Source: Haliotis cracherodii
Taxonomy: Eukaryota
NCBI RefSeq assembly: GCF_022045235.1
Contig: NW_027266286.1
Location: 18,600,001 to 18,664,000, forward strand
Direction: 5' to 3'
DNA: 64,000 nucleotides
Program-made: the position numbers and the translations under genes
In this document: positions 26,694-39,600 of the stretch, in pieces
Position numbering within the stretch: the stretch's first letter is position 1
How the letters are laid out: every line of letters begins with the position of its first letter
Notes under the pieces: model-generated
What the model saw: the letters and a program-made list of their open reading frames with translations, nothing else
The model's database searches: none
Told to the model about the DNA's origin: nothing

Positions 26694-26864
26694 ACCTCTA
26701 TACGAGACAATGAAATACTCTATGTGACATTTGTGAACGACATTCCCTACAATCTACAGGATAACAAGTACTTTGATGCCCGGAACAATAATGTCTTAGT
26801 GCTTGATGACTTGAAGTGTGAAAAACACATCTCTGAACTGTTGACGCGTACCTCTCACCATTGA
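26694..26864 (+). pseudogene. Second fragment of the Polinton ATPase (Walker B region)
   Basis: 'DIPYNLQDNKYFDARNNNVLVLDDLKCEKHISELLTRTSHH'; inverted homologue of ~20450..20602. Confidence 0.7.
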
Positions 26865-26899
26865 TCTTGGCAATTAAGTTTATTTTTTATTCCCCAAAC

Positions 26900-29400
26900 C
26901 ACCAACGGCTGTACATGAGTATATACATATATACACAATACAGTACTCATAACAAGATGAAAAGTATGCAAAATGTTTTATTTGATTTTCTTCAGTTTTA
27001 CTTAACAGTTGTAATCTGGCGAAATTTCGTAAGTCCATAACGTCACATAAGTTAAGTAATTTATACGTTTTAATAGATTTGGCCAGATGGTAAATTTATT
27101 GGGAAATAAATCAATTCTTTATCGGGGAAGGGTCTCCATCTAAAGAGATAATGAACTCGTCTCCAACTGCAGTAGAATTACATAAATGGCATTGTTTCTA
27201 GGTACACCGCGACATCGGGGTAAGTTAAGATTAGATTTTCGGAATTTTAGAATGGGGAAAGACGTCTGTTAAGGGAGAAGAAGATAATGTTTTGGCTTTC
27301 CTTGTAATGTTAATACTATTGTCCCTTAATAAGGGCCGAAGGTGATACTGTTTCTCCAGTTTTGAAAGAATTGGTCTTTTGGTATTTATTCAACCATCGA
27401 GACTAACCAGGGCCTGGTGAGTGAGTGAGTGAGTGAGTGAGTGTGTGAGTTGGGTTTAACGCCGCTTTTAACAGTATTCCAGTTATATCACTGCGGGTCA
27501 GCTTAATGTGGGAGGAAAGCCAGACGTTTACAACTTCAAACCCACGAGCACTGGTATGGTGCTGACAAACCTAGAAACATAATCGGGGCGAATCGGGATT
27601 CGAACCCACAATCATAGGTTTCTGGTGTGCCCAAGGGACGCAACCCTGCACAGCGAAATCGCGGCGCCTTAGACGACTGGGCCACCCGTGCCCCTGGTAG
27701 TGGTGAACACTAAAGGATAATAGAATATCTGTTTTATAATGTGTAAGCATGGGTGAGTATTCGAATTAACGCCACTTTCTAATACGATAAAATTATACAG
27801 CATAGGACATAATTTGGGAGGACCATTTTCAAAAGAAAGCTTATGCCAAAAGGATATTACTCGTTTACAAACTCTAAAATTAAAGGTTCTCGACCCAATT
27901 CATCATAGACCATTGTGTTGAATTTCTGAGATGCATCGGCTGGACTATTTGGGAATTTTAGATGCACTACATTTCTACATTTTAGGTACAACCAAGGTAT
28001 AAAAGCTTTTGAGGCATTTTCATTTATTATATTTGGTCTATAGACAAGTCATCTGTTCCCATGTAATTGGATTCCAAGGTATGTAAGACTATCAATAATT
28101 TCTGGAACCGTTTTTTCCAAAAGAGAAATGTAATTTTAAAATATGCATTGGTGTATATCAGACAAAAATGTTAATTACGGACATAAACCGTTTGCGAAAA
28201 CCTGATCGAGCTGGGGATGTGATACCATTATCATCTTGAAAATTTGATGTTCATGTGTTCAGAATCCGGGTGAATAATTTCCCGAAACAACGTAATAATG
28301 TTATTGGTCTATAAATGATTACCCTTATTTTCGTAAATAGTTTTTATTATGCCTGTTAGCCATATACCAGGCAGTTTCCCAACAGGTGAACACCAGATCA
28401 AAATATTCAAAGCAAGGAGGAGCTAAACGACCAATGGTATACATGATACAATCATTTTCAACGTAATTTAATGTCCGCGTGAATACGCTCTCCAAGGGAT
28501 AGCCATCGCGGTCAATTAGTGGCGATGCAAACGAGATATACTGGTCCAGCAGCTTGCATATTATAAACATTTTCCTGTTAAGCTTAGATTGTGAAAAATA
28601 TATTTAAAAAGTATAAAGACGTATATGCACTGTAATACATGTAGTTCCCCTGCAGCTTGTTTAACTTCTTCTATTGATATTCTCGTATTTCATATTTGGC
28701 AATCATACACTTGTCTGTCTGTCAAATTTCGCCAGGGTTATAATCGGTGTCATTTTCTCGGGTTGGTTTAATGTTTCAAAGAAATTATAGAAAGCATCAA
28801 TATCTCTGGCTTTGAGGCATTTGATTGTGTGTTGTTTTTATTGAAAAACTTCTATTGATAAACTGTAGTCTCACTGTCTGTCATAGCATTACACAAAGAA
28901 AAAGTGTTCACATTCTGATAAACTGTAGCCATTTGTAGCAAACACAGAGGTGTGACAGCGCCTTTGTTAATTCCTGTTTAACTCATGGGTATCACACATG
29001 ACTTCCCAGTTATGCTCGTATGTCGACTTTGGCCACCGATCCTGATTTGAATAATAACTATGAAAAAAGTCATATTCCCGGGGTTTGTCTACTTATAATA
29101 ATGAACAGAAATTAAAGCCTTCCTTTGGTATGTCTCTTAACAAATGTATTTGTTTTATTTTGTATCGACAGAATTTTTTAAAGATCACATTAAAGCAAGT
29201 ATGCAGCAGAAAAATAACCAAATAACTAACATGTTTGACGGAATAATGTTTTAATGCAGATTGATAACAACATATTGGCACATCAATACATTGCTTATAT
29301 TCAATAAACGGCAATCCATATGCATTGTTTGATTTGCTTTGAAAGAAGTTCTGGATCTAAACATCTTACACCAATGATTTCCAATAACAACGTCTTTAGA
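26900..29400 (-). mobile_element. Highly decayed LINE ORF2; boundaries approximate
   Basis: Minus strand 'YRPITLLRCFGKLFTRILN' near 28260..28312, 'DGYPLE' and a 'VGDEF' C-terminal motif near 27160. Confidence 0.6.
27417..27694 (-). mobile_element. SINE family B
   Basis: (GAGT)n tail, head GGGGCACGGGTGGCCCAGTCGTCTAAGG on minus strand. Confidence 0.85.
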
Positions 29401-29464
29401 GATAAGAAACGTTGTCCTGGCATCATCGATCGTTCCAGGAAACATCGAACTTCCTATGAATTAG

Positions 29465-29677
29465 GAGGCTAAAACAAGGACTGGTCGGCTCGGGGTCAGT
29501 ATACTGTGTCTGAGTGGGGTATTCATATTATACTGCGGCATGGTATCTCAGTGTGCTAGCACTATAAATCGGCATCAGTCCGGACTAGTACAAGCAGCCA
29601 CACACAAACGTGCATGCACGTCGCTATATAAGTGCAATAATTTTGGACGCGACGTTAAACCCAATTTTACCTCACCT
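29465..29677 (+). mobile_element. SINE family C, 5'-truncated, with TSD
   Basis: TSD TCCTAT(G/A)AATTA. Confidence 0.85.
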
Positions 29678-29966
29678 CCTATAAATTATCTTCATATGAA
29701 TGAGTAAATGACGCCGATTTTATGATAATGTGGTTTTTCGCCTCTGGAATATATCCTAATGTTGCCTTTACGGAAGATATGTTGAGTTGCAGTTTATACG
29801 CTGAATTTTAATACTGCCTTTACCGAAGATAATGTTGTCTATATGCTCTACTTGGTTGACAGAAACATTCCATCCCCAATCGGATCTCACTACAAAATAC
29901 CTGCATGAATCTAAAATTGCAGTACAAAGATACCCAAATTGTTGTATTGAGTGACATAGTATATCA

Positions 29967-31437
29967 ATTTATTACCCACGTGGTGAAGATACAGGTGGTA
30001 AGATACTAAATCCGTACGTCACACGTGTGTCGTACAAGGTTGACCTTGTTTTATTCGTTTTGATTGGATAACCGTGACCTCTGTCACACCGGGACTACTT
30101 TTTTCATTCATAAAAAATCGCGAGACGTCATTCATTTTGCGATTACAAGGCAGAACTGAAGAAATTCATGAGAACGAGAGATATTTACAAACACTTTATT
30201 AAACCAAACAAGATAGTCACACGCATCAAATTCGGTTTGCATTCAATATAAGTTATGCATAGAGCTCCTACAGACGTATAATCGAGCTAGATCTATAAAT
30301 CGATTTACAATGTACGACTGCCGATCGAGCGCGTCCCTTGAGCGTGACGCACCCGACCATTTTCGCAACTTTCAATTTGATTTAACGTAAAAGGATAAGC
30401 GTGGTGAAATGAAGTCTGTTTAAACTATCTGGACAGATATCTAGACTTACTTGCGATGATCCGGTTGTGCCATCGGTGTCCCCTTTGAAGCGTATTTTGT
30501 GGCGCTGTTTCGGTAGGTGTTGTTCATGAATGAACGAACACGACAGCACGACCAGATCACTTAAAGTTCACAGTTCCGATAAAAATCATTCGAAAACTCC
30601 GTGGAAGTGTGCCTGACTTCTGATTTTGTGGCCCCAAACATCCCAAATGTGAACAGTAACATTCCCTATCTCTAGCGTAAAATGCTGTGAGTGGATCGCG
30701 GTTGTCTTTTCTTATTACGGTGGCGACCTTGCCCTTCGATCGTTCGAAGCTGTCACTGACATGCAAGCAGACTTGAGTTTGTTGATTTTCACGTCTTCAG
30801 TGAAGGGTGGTACAGTTAACATGAATGTCTTTGGCGAACAGTCTGATTTCCCTCTTCCAAAATGGTACGGACATGATATAAATTCAGCTGATAGATCAAG
30901 GAAACCGAACCATTTTGATTGCACAGACAGGACCCCGGCAGTGTGACCGACTGTTGGTCCGATATTCAAAGCGCGGCGCTAATGTGACATTTCAAATTTT
31001 CTTATCGGTGTCCTGCGTACTAACAACATGGCGCTTGAATTGCCATAAGTTGAAGACTTTCTTCCAAAAGGATCTTGAGCGTCGGTGCTGGTTTGTTTGC
31101 AAACAGAACAGCAGGCGCATGTTGTTAATGCGTATGCATAAACATGTCAACAATGCCCATATTTGGTCATATATCAATATTCATGCGCAACCAGATTTTG
31201 CAACCGGTTTCAGTTTGGTCTGTCAACGAACGAAAGTTGTTATGTATTTACACTTAAATATATATTTAACGTGGGTAATAAATAAAATACCACACTCATT
31301 CTCGTTAGATACCATTTTTACGAAACTCGTGAACTTTCTATGGTATCTGACCTCGCTTTCGCTCGGTCAGATACCATAGAAAGTCCACTCGTTTCGTAAA
31401 AATGGTATCTAACGAGAATGAGTGTAGTATTCTCTAT
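29967..31437. mobile_element. Hairpin-terminated element, module 1 (15-bp IR pair + 146-bp hairpin); possibly non-autonomous Crypton-like
   Basis: ATTTATTACCCACGT 29967..29981 / ACGTGGGTAATAAAT 31269..31283; hairpin 31286..31431. Confidence 0.6.
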
Positions 31438-31470
31438 GTATGTTCTTGTATCAGCGTATATGTATTATGT

Positions 31471-31885
31471 TTTATCATCCAAAACTAGCTCCAACAGGAG
31501 ATATCGCTTGGATTAGATCAAGCGATATCTACACTGTAGATATCGCTGCAATGAAATTACATCACAATGCTTTGCAGACCATTGTGACGTCACCGGTTAC
31601 CATGACGTCACAATCAAATGACATCACTAATGGCACTGCTACTGAAGCTGTTAGCAGTACTTTTTACACTAAAGACACTGCTAATTGCTGTCTACAAATT
31701 GAAAAGTTGGAAGAATGATGTTGGATGATAAATAAAATCTCACCCTCGTGTCTTTTGATATCAAATATATCAACACTCGTTGATAAAAGTGGCAAAAATC
31801 CTCGGCAAGCCTCGGAATTTTCCACTTTTATCAACTCTTGTTGATATATTTGATATCAAAAGACACTCGGGTGAGATTCTCTATT
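31471..31885. mobile_element. Hairpin-terminated element, module 2 (12-bp IR pair + 143-bp hairpin)
   Basis: TTTATCATCCAA 31471..31482 / TTGGATGATAAA 31721..31732; hairpin 31736..31878; its left end recurs at 63960..64000. Confidence 0.65.
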
Positions 31886-32926
31886 TCTAATGATAATGAG
31901 ATCGAAGTATAAATATAATACTAGTTAATATAGATGTAAGCAACAACGTCAGGTTCCAGGGACACCTTTACCTCCTGCTTTACCAAGATTGAGATAGACG
32001 CCCAATCGTATGGTCTCACCTTTGCTTCATCAGAAACGACAGCAATGAATTAATGTTCTTCGAATTAACCGTTTTAGCTCATACGTTTGGTCTTATTAAG
32101 GAAAATCAACATGTTCCTTATAGCCTTGCTCCTATAACCAGAAAATTAGTAGTCCGTAGATCAGTTTGTTTGAGGAAATAATCACTTCAGACAGAAGTGG
32201 CCGCCACATCATATCATATGACTTTTGACATATCACCAAGAACAAACACTCTTCACCAGCCAATAGCAATATACGGAGCTGCCTATGCAACTACAGTACA
32301 CGGGAACTTTGCATGCTAGAAATAGCATTAAGAAGTCATGAATGATATAACAACTTTGGCCCAGAGGACAATACTCGACTCAGTGTCGAACAAAACAAAA
32401 GGAAAAGACCATAATGCATGAAATTGCATTTTGTTTTCACGTGATCGATCAAAGCGATATTCTCTTTAGGAATAGCTTAGGTTTCCTTGAAGTGTGCATT
32501 TCGACATCAGTTATGCTATTTGAAATAACCACAAGTTCGTCATTATTATCTATTGGTTGGGACATCCACAACATGGACTTTATTCGTTATGAGGACGTCA
32601 CGCTACTGTTCTTGCAGTTCATTCTGAGACAGGAGTTCACTGCCCATTCTGAACGTGCATTTGAACACGTAAAACTGTCACGTAAACTAAAGGTCATTAT
32701 ACAAAATAATAGAGAAATTAAATATCAACCAGTAGATCACTCGAATCTGTTGATTCTTTTTTCAGAATCATCAATGTCGGCACCACAGAAACAGGCGTAG
32801 CCGTTACATTCACTAATGGAGAAGTCCATCGAATTCCGGAAGTAGAATAAATTCGCCCCATTTTTCGCCCCTGATTTCTTCCTTATTGATTGTAAAGGCT
32901 GTGTCCGTTTCACTGGTGTCGAACTA

Positions 32927-34425
32927 TAATAGCCACATAGAGAAACTGTGCACGGAGAAAATATATTCTGGATTGAAATACAACACAGCAAGAACAAAAT
33001 GATGCAGACGCTGTAGCAGCTGAATGATCGGACCATAAGAAAATGTCAACGGGACCTGAACAACATCTGTTACGATGACGTCAGAAGATCAAAATGGAGT
33101 AGGGGGTCAAACGACAAAGTCACAAAGTCAAAAACGGGTATTACCACCCTGTGCGTGAATCACAGCAGTGCATCGGCGACGCATGGAGTCCACCAAATGG
33201 GCATGGAAGGCATGGGGAATGGCCTGCCATATCCTCCTCAAATCCTGTGCCAAGGATGTTATCTGGAGGATGTGGAAGACGGCGCAGACGGCGCTCCATT
33301 TCATCCCACACATGCTCTTTTGGGGAGAGATCTGGAGAATTTGCAGGCCATGGCAGTAACATGACATTGTTATGGTGAAGGAAATGCATTGCGACCCTAG
33401 CCGTGTGAGGACGAGCGTTGTCCTGTTGAAATGTCAATCCCGGGCCATGACGTTGCAGGAAAGAAATGACCACAGGCCTCAGAATCTGATCTCTGTAGCC
33501 AACACCGGTGAGATTGCCCTGAACAACCACCAAAGGGGTTCGTTGCCGTGCTGTTATCCCACCCCAAATCATCAAAGAGCCACCTCCAAAACGATTCCTC
33601 TCCACAATACAGTTGCGTGCATAACGTTCTCCCAAACGCCGGTAGACACGTTGGCGCCCGTCACTGTGGGAAATGTTGAACCTCGATTCATCTGTAAAGA
33701 CAACATTTCTCCACCATATTCGAGGTTGGCGAACATGATTTCGACACCATCTTAGACGGTTGACGCGATGAGGGTGTGTCAGGATGGGACGTATGGCAGG
33801 GCGTCGTGGTCGAATCCCGTACTGACGTAAACGATCCCTGACAGTGTTGGGATGGATACGGTGTAGTCCAGGAATTGTCTGGGACGTCGTTACTGCCGTT
33901 TGGAACCTGTGTCAGAGATGTGTAACTCGAATCCATCTGTCCTGTCTTGGCGTCGTTACTCGGGGACGTCCTGAACATGGGTGGTCGGCAACGTCATTTG
34001 TGTTCTGATAACGCCTCACAAATGCCGATATCGTGTTACGATGGCATTGGAAATGTGTTGCCACCTGCTGTTGCCTCATTCCCACTTGGATCATTCCAAT
34101 GGCTTCATGGCGCTGTGCAGCTGTCAATCTTGGCATGATTTGCTTGTGATATGCTTGTTTTGAATTTTTGAATGACCACAGATCATGCTTTCCAAAGTGA
34201 CAGCGAATTTTGAGTTGCACATGCTGTGTACAGCTGCACAGGATGCACGCGCAGTAACACATTGTACGTCCATAGGTCCCCATCAGTGACGTCATATCGC
34301 ATGGCACGTGCATGAGCGTTTGAATGTCTCCAATAATTGCTGTGTTCAAACCTATATTTCATATATGGACCGTGTGCCCTTCTATCTATATTTTCTCCGT
34401 GCACAGTTTCTTTATGTGGCTAGTA
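32927..34425 (-). mobile_element. Tc1 (DD34E) DNA transposon, full length, transposase inactivated
   Basis: ~39-bp TIRs TA(C/A)TAGCCACATA(A/G)AGAAACTGTGCACGGAGAAAATATA, TA TSDs; transposase 34136..33128 with 'GRPRVTT', 'FTDESRF', 'QQDNARPH', 34 residues, 'SPDLSPKE'; premature TGA at 33912..33914 and a frameshift near 33250. Confidence 0.93.
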
Positions 34426-35591
34426 TATGTTACATTTCTTTGTTCAGGTTATATTCCTGATTGAACCTGAATTTGTCAATGACGACTTGATAAATGTCCC
34501 TGCTACAGGCAAAGCATCATTTCAAGCTCCTTACGTGGAGACTGTGGCGTAATGTATATTGATATGGACTTTAAGTGTAGGTGATGTTGAGCTCACCTAG
34601 CAATATGGCGACAAACAATGCATTGCATCCCAATCTATAAAAGATAAATATATCAGGAATATAAATTCTATCGACCTCAAGTACACGGGCACATCAATGG
34701 CATTCCCTTCTTGGTAAGCCGACAACTTAAAATATCTCATTGTTGAAGACAAGGATAAACAACAGCTCTACATTACAGTCAGTAAATGCAGCATCAAGAT
34801 ATGTATGGTATTGTTAGATGCAGCACTTAACAAGAAACTAGACATCCACTTCAAGTTAAGGCAACATCAAGATTTCAATAGATATTTTATACAATTCCTA
34901 TGTAATAGATAGAGAACGAGTGCCAGTACTTTATCGGGATATAAACGTACTGTTGCGAGAACAAGGGCGAGGCGAATATATTGATGTTGAACTGAGTCAA
35001 ACTTTGGATGATTTTGAAACGTAACCCAAATTTAAAACCATCGACCTCAAAAGACCATGATCTTTTTGCATCTAGTGCTTCAGCCATGATAGATGATGAA
35101 TACCAGGATCAGTGGGGTTTTAACATTTGTACAGAATGGGAAAAAACATAAAAATAGAAACGTCTATGGTCATGAACCTTCATATCCGTACCACTTGATT
35201 TTAGAAGAAATAAACCATTGGCTACCCCCCAGATCTCTTTATCAGGCAGCGTGCGCTATGTGGGGGCATATGAGGGACAATTATTCGAGATTGTGTTTTG
35301 GATTTTCAGGCTGAGAAATCAAAACTGTCTCTCTGCAATGACCAATCAAGTCCAGGGACAGGTTTCAAATTTAAGCAAAGCGACAAAGAGATCCAGATCG
35401 CTTTGGAATAGAAATTTAGCCAGCAGAATTTATGAAATCAATTACAAAAGGTGGTTATTGGTTTTAAACAAATAAAAGAACCCATTCTTTGTTGTTTAAG
35501 TCCTGGCATGCTGAAAAATTTCATGAAGCACGAGCGTTTTACGCCTATATAAACTGTATACTTTACATAACTATATCAGCATATAAATATG

Positions 35592-35914
35592 GACCGCCTC
35601 CGTGGTCTAGTGGTAGAGTATCCGCCCAGAGAGCGGACGGTCCGGTGTTCGATCCCCGGGCGCGTCATACCAAAAGACATTAAAAGATGGTACTTGTTGT
35701 TACCCAGTCTGGCGGTCGGCTCGGAGTCAGTATACTATGTCTGAGAAGGGGTATTCATGTTAAATTACGACATGGTATCTCAATGAGCCAACACTATAAA
35801 TCGGCATCAGTCTGGGCTAGCAAAGCAGCCACACACATACACGTGCATGCAAGTCGCTATATAAGTGCAATCATCTTGGGCGCGACGTTAAACCCCATTT
35901 CACCTCACCTCACC
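35592..35914 (+). mobile_element. SINE family C with TSD
   Basis: TSD TCAGCATATAAAT. Confidence 0.88.
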
Positions 35915-36692
35915 TCAGCATATAAATGTACTCCACAAGATCGAAATAGTGACCACCCATTGGACGAAAGTATTTCCCTGTGCTCTATCAAGATTTGTGT
36001 CATTGTTCTCGAAAAGGATCGATGATGTACAGACGCCACATTTTATCACTAAACTATTATTGATATAGACGGTGTTATTGGTAATCACTGATGGGAGTGC
36101 TGCCTGCGGGTTGTATACTGATATTTATGGACGCCTTGCATTGTGTTGATATATCTTCAGAACAAATTTTAGTACAATCCCTTAAACCTCACAAAGTCAA
36201 TACCGTAAGGTTTTGCGTTCGAATCAAATCAACTATATAGATTTTTGTTGTCAGGCTGACTCGTGAGCACGATGTCAATTTCTTTAGTCCTTAATTTCTA
36301 TTGTTTGGATTACACGTTTGCAATTTTCGAAACCTTGTGTTGGCCCAAATTAAAAAATATAAAGAATCCTATAAAACAATAAAGCTGAGGTTTTTTAAAG
36401 CAAACAAATGACTTCTTGCAATCCTGTTCAAGGACACAAAGTTAATACTTATTCTGCATCCGTTGCTCCACTACGACATTTGACAGAATCATGATAATCA
36501 TTTTCCCAACACGCGAGTGAGATAATATTAGTTGACTGGCGTGTGAAGTCCCCTGTATCGTTTTTGTGTTTGTCATTTCCCAACGGTCCTAAAATACTAT
36601 TCCGCTGTATAAAAAATAAACAAAGTTTTTAAATTCACCAACGTTTGAATATATACCATCCCGCTTTGGACACATTTCAGCTTCATTAAAGT

Positions 36693-36858
36693 GGGGTCCG
36701 ATCGGGTAGCCGACTGGTTAAAGCGTTCGCTCGTCACGCCGAAGACCCGGGTTCGATTCCCGACATGGGTACAATGTGTGAAGCCCATTTAAGGTGTCCC
36801 CCGCCGTGATATCGCTGGAATATAACTAAAAGCGGCGTTAAACCATACTCACTCACTC
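36693..36858 (+). mobile_element. SINE family A
   Basis: Matches 8473..8631. Confidence 0.85.
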
Positions 36859-37105
36859 TCATTTTGTAAATAAAGCCACAGAAAGTTTTCAGAAGAGAAA
36901 CATTGAGCTGATTCACGCCCTTGAGGACGGCGGTTCTGTTACATTTAAACAGATTATTTTTCAACTGAATGTGTACCGATTTATTGTAAGAATTGGAATA
37001 AATATACACTTAAAAAGTGAAACCTTACATAGATTTTATAAGCTTATAAACAGAGTGAGTCAAAGTGATTGATACAAATATAACAATGTGGCTAAACCAC
37101 AGAAC

Positions 37106-38050
37106 CATGATGCATTACAACTGTCCAGGACATGATCACCTGTGAACTGACCGAACAACATTCAAGGGTCAGGTAAAGACAATAGGATAGACCACAGTGT
37201 CATGATGCATTACAACTGTCCAGGACATGATCACCTGTGAACTGACCGAACAACATTCACGGGCCAGGTAAAGACAATAGGATAGACCACAGTGCCATGA
37301 TGCATTACAACTGTCCAGGACATGATCACCAGTGATCTGACCGAACAACATTCACGTACCAGGTTAAGACAATAGGAAAGACCACAGTGTCATGATGCAT
37401 TACAAACGTCCAGGACATGATCACCAGTGATCTGACCGAACAACATTCACGTACCAGGTTAAGACAATAGGAAAGACCACAGTGTCATGATGCATTACAA
37501 ACGTCCAGGACATGATCACCTGTGAACTGACCGAACAACATTCACGGGCCAGGTAAAGACAATAGGATAGACCACAGTGTCATGATGCATTACAACTGTC
37601 CAGGACATAATCACCTGTGATCTGACCGAACAACATTCACGGGCCAGGTACAGACAATAGGATAGACCACAGTGTCATGATGCATTACAACTGTCCAGGA
37701 CATGATTACCTGTGAACTGACCGAACAACATTCACGGGCCAGGTACAGACAATAGGATAGACCACAGAGTCATGATGCATTACAACTGTCCAGGACATGA
37801 TCACCTGTGAACTGACCGAACAACATTCACGGGCCAGGTAAAGACAATAGGATAGACCACAGAGTCATGATGCATTACAACTGCCCAGGACATGATCACC
37901 TGTGAACTGACCGAACAACATTCACGAGCCAGGTAAAGACAATAGGATAGACCACAGAGTCATGATGCATTACAACTGTCCAGGACATGATCACCTGTGA
38001 ACTGACCGAACAACATTCACGGGTCAGGTAAAGACAATAGGATAGACCAA
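37106..38050. repeat. 95-bp tandem repeat, ~10 copies
   Basis: Unit starts CATGATGCATTACAACTGTCCAGGACATGATCACC; period 37201 to 37296. Confidence 0.95.
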
Positions 38051-39600
38051 AATGCCAGTGTCTGTTGTGGCGTCCAAGATCATTGGTTAGAGCTTTACAG
38101 CGGCGACCCATGGAGGCAATGACATCCTGGGTTTCGCGTTGAGAAATGTTGCTGCAGTACCACAAACAGTGCCTGGTGCGTTTGCAGGGGTGGATTCCGT
38201 CGGCGCACACGGCGATCCACAGCATCCCGCAGATGCTGAATCAGGGTCAGGCTCGCAGACACGTGCAGTATATGAGGTCGCGCGTTGTCTTGTTTGAAAA
38301 GTCCACCATTGGCGTTAATGAACGTGACGAAGTGACGTTGCAAGATCTCGTCTCGATAGCGGACCGAATTCAATGCACCTACCACATGCCAAAAATCAGT
38401 CCGGCCGCCATGATGGATACCAGACCACACCATGACGCTTCCACCACCAAATCGATCCACCTGTTGCACACTTCGGAGGAGAAAGCGCGACTGTGTGCAC
38501 ATATGTTTCCTTCAACTGTAAATGCAATATCACGCTATATGCGTGATATTGCATTTACTGCACATGATGCCGCATATGTAATTATATGTTTCCTTCAACT
38601 GTGAGATATAGCGTGATATTGCATTTACTGCACATGATGCCGTATATCTAATTATATGTTTCCTTCAACTTTGACATATAGCGTGATATTGCATTTACTG
38701 AACATGATGCCGTGTATCTAATTATATGTTTCCTTCAACTGTGACATATAGCGCGATATTGCATTTACTGCACATGATGCCGTATATCTAATTATATGTT
38801 TCCTTCAACTGTGACATATAGCGTGATATTGCATTTACTGCACATGATGCCGTATATCTAATTATATGTTTGCTTCAACTTTGACATATAGCGTGATATT
38901 GCATTTACTGCATATGATGCCGTATATCTAATTATATGTTTCCTTCAACTGTGACATCGTGATATTGCATTTACTGCATATGATGCCGTATATCTAATTA
39001 TATGTTTCATTCAACTGTGACATCGTGATATTGCATTTACTGCACATGATGCCGTATATCTAATTATATGTTTCCTTCAACTGTGACATATAACGTGATA
39101 TTGCATTTACTGCACATGATGCCGTATGTCTAATTATATGTTTCCGTGTTGCCACTGGTGCGTTCCTATCTTGTTCCGTTAATTTCCTGGCCATTTAAAA
39201 AAGCATTCTGCAAGTGGTTCCAGAGCATTTGAAACATTCCCGACATGCGCAAGTTACTGGAGGCCCGCCGGACACAGGCGGCCGTGGCCGTGGTGTTGGG
39301 AGCAGAATAAGGTAGACTTGAGGCGATAGATAATGGCTGTATGGACATCCAGTGCCATAGCAACCTCATGTGCACTTTCACCATCACAAAGTCGACCAAT
39401 GGCTCTTTTCTCTTTCCAAATATGCCAGTACATATCACAATTTGAACAACAAACGAACAGTGTAAGTACATTGCTGGCTGGGGCATGTCGTGCAGCTTGT
39501 TTTTCAATGCCTTGTAAAACCGTATCCCTTTTGAAAAGCATTTTATTGTCGTTCCGTTTACAGCAGGCACAAAATCACTTTATATATATTTATATACATA
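38051..39600 (-). mobile_element. Second, more decayed Tc1-type transposase split by a 70-bp array
   Basis: 'VDRFGGGSVMVWSGI...RYRDEIL...FKQDNARPH' (38095..38502) and HTH 'RAIGRLCDGESAHEVAMALDVH' (39254..39541). Confidence 0.8.
38500..39145. repeat. 70-bp tandem repeat, ~9 copies
   Basis: Unit CGTGATATTGCATTTACTGCACATGATGCCGTATATCTAATTATATGTTTCCTTCAACTGTGACATATAG. Confidence 0.95.

Noticed and set aside
30557-31379. Short ORFs in the body of hairpin module 1 as a possible recombinase or cargo
   Set aside because: No tyrosine recombinase, HUH or DDE motifs recognised; a decayed gene cannot be excluded without a profile search
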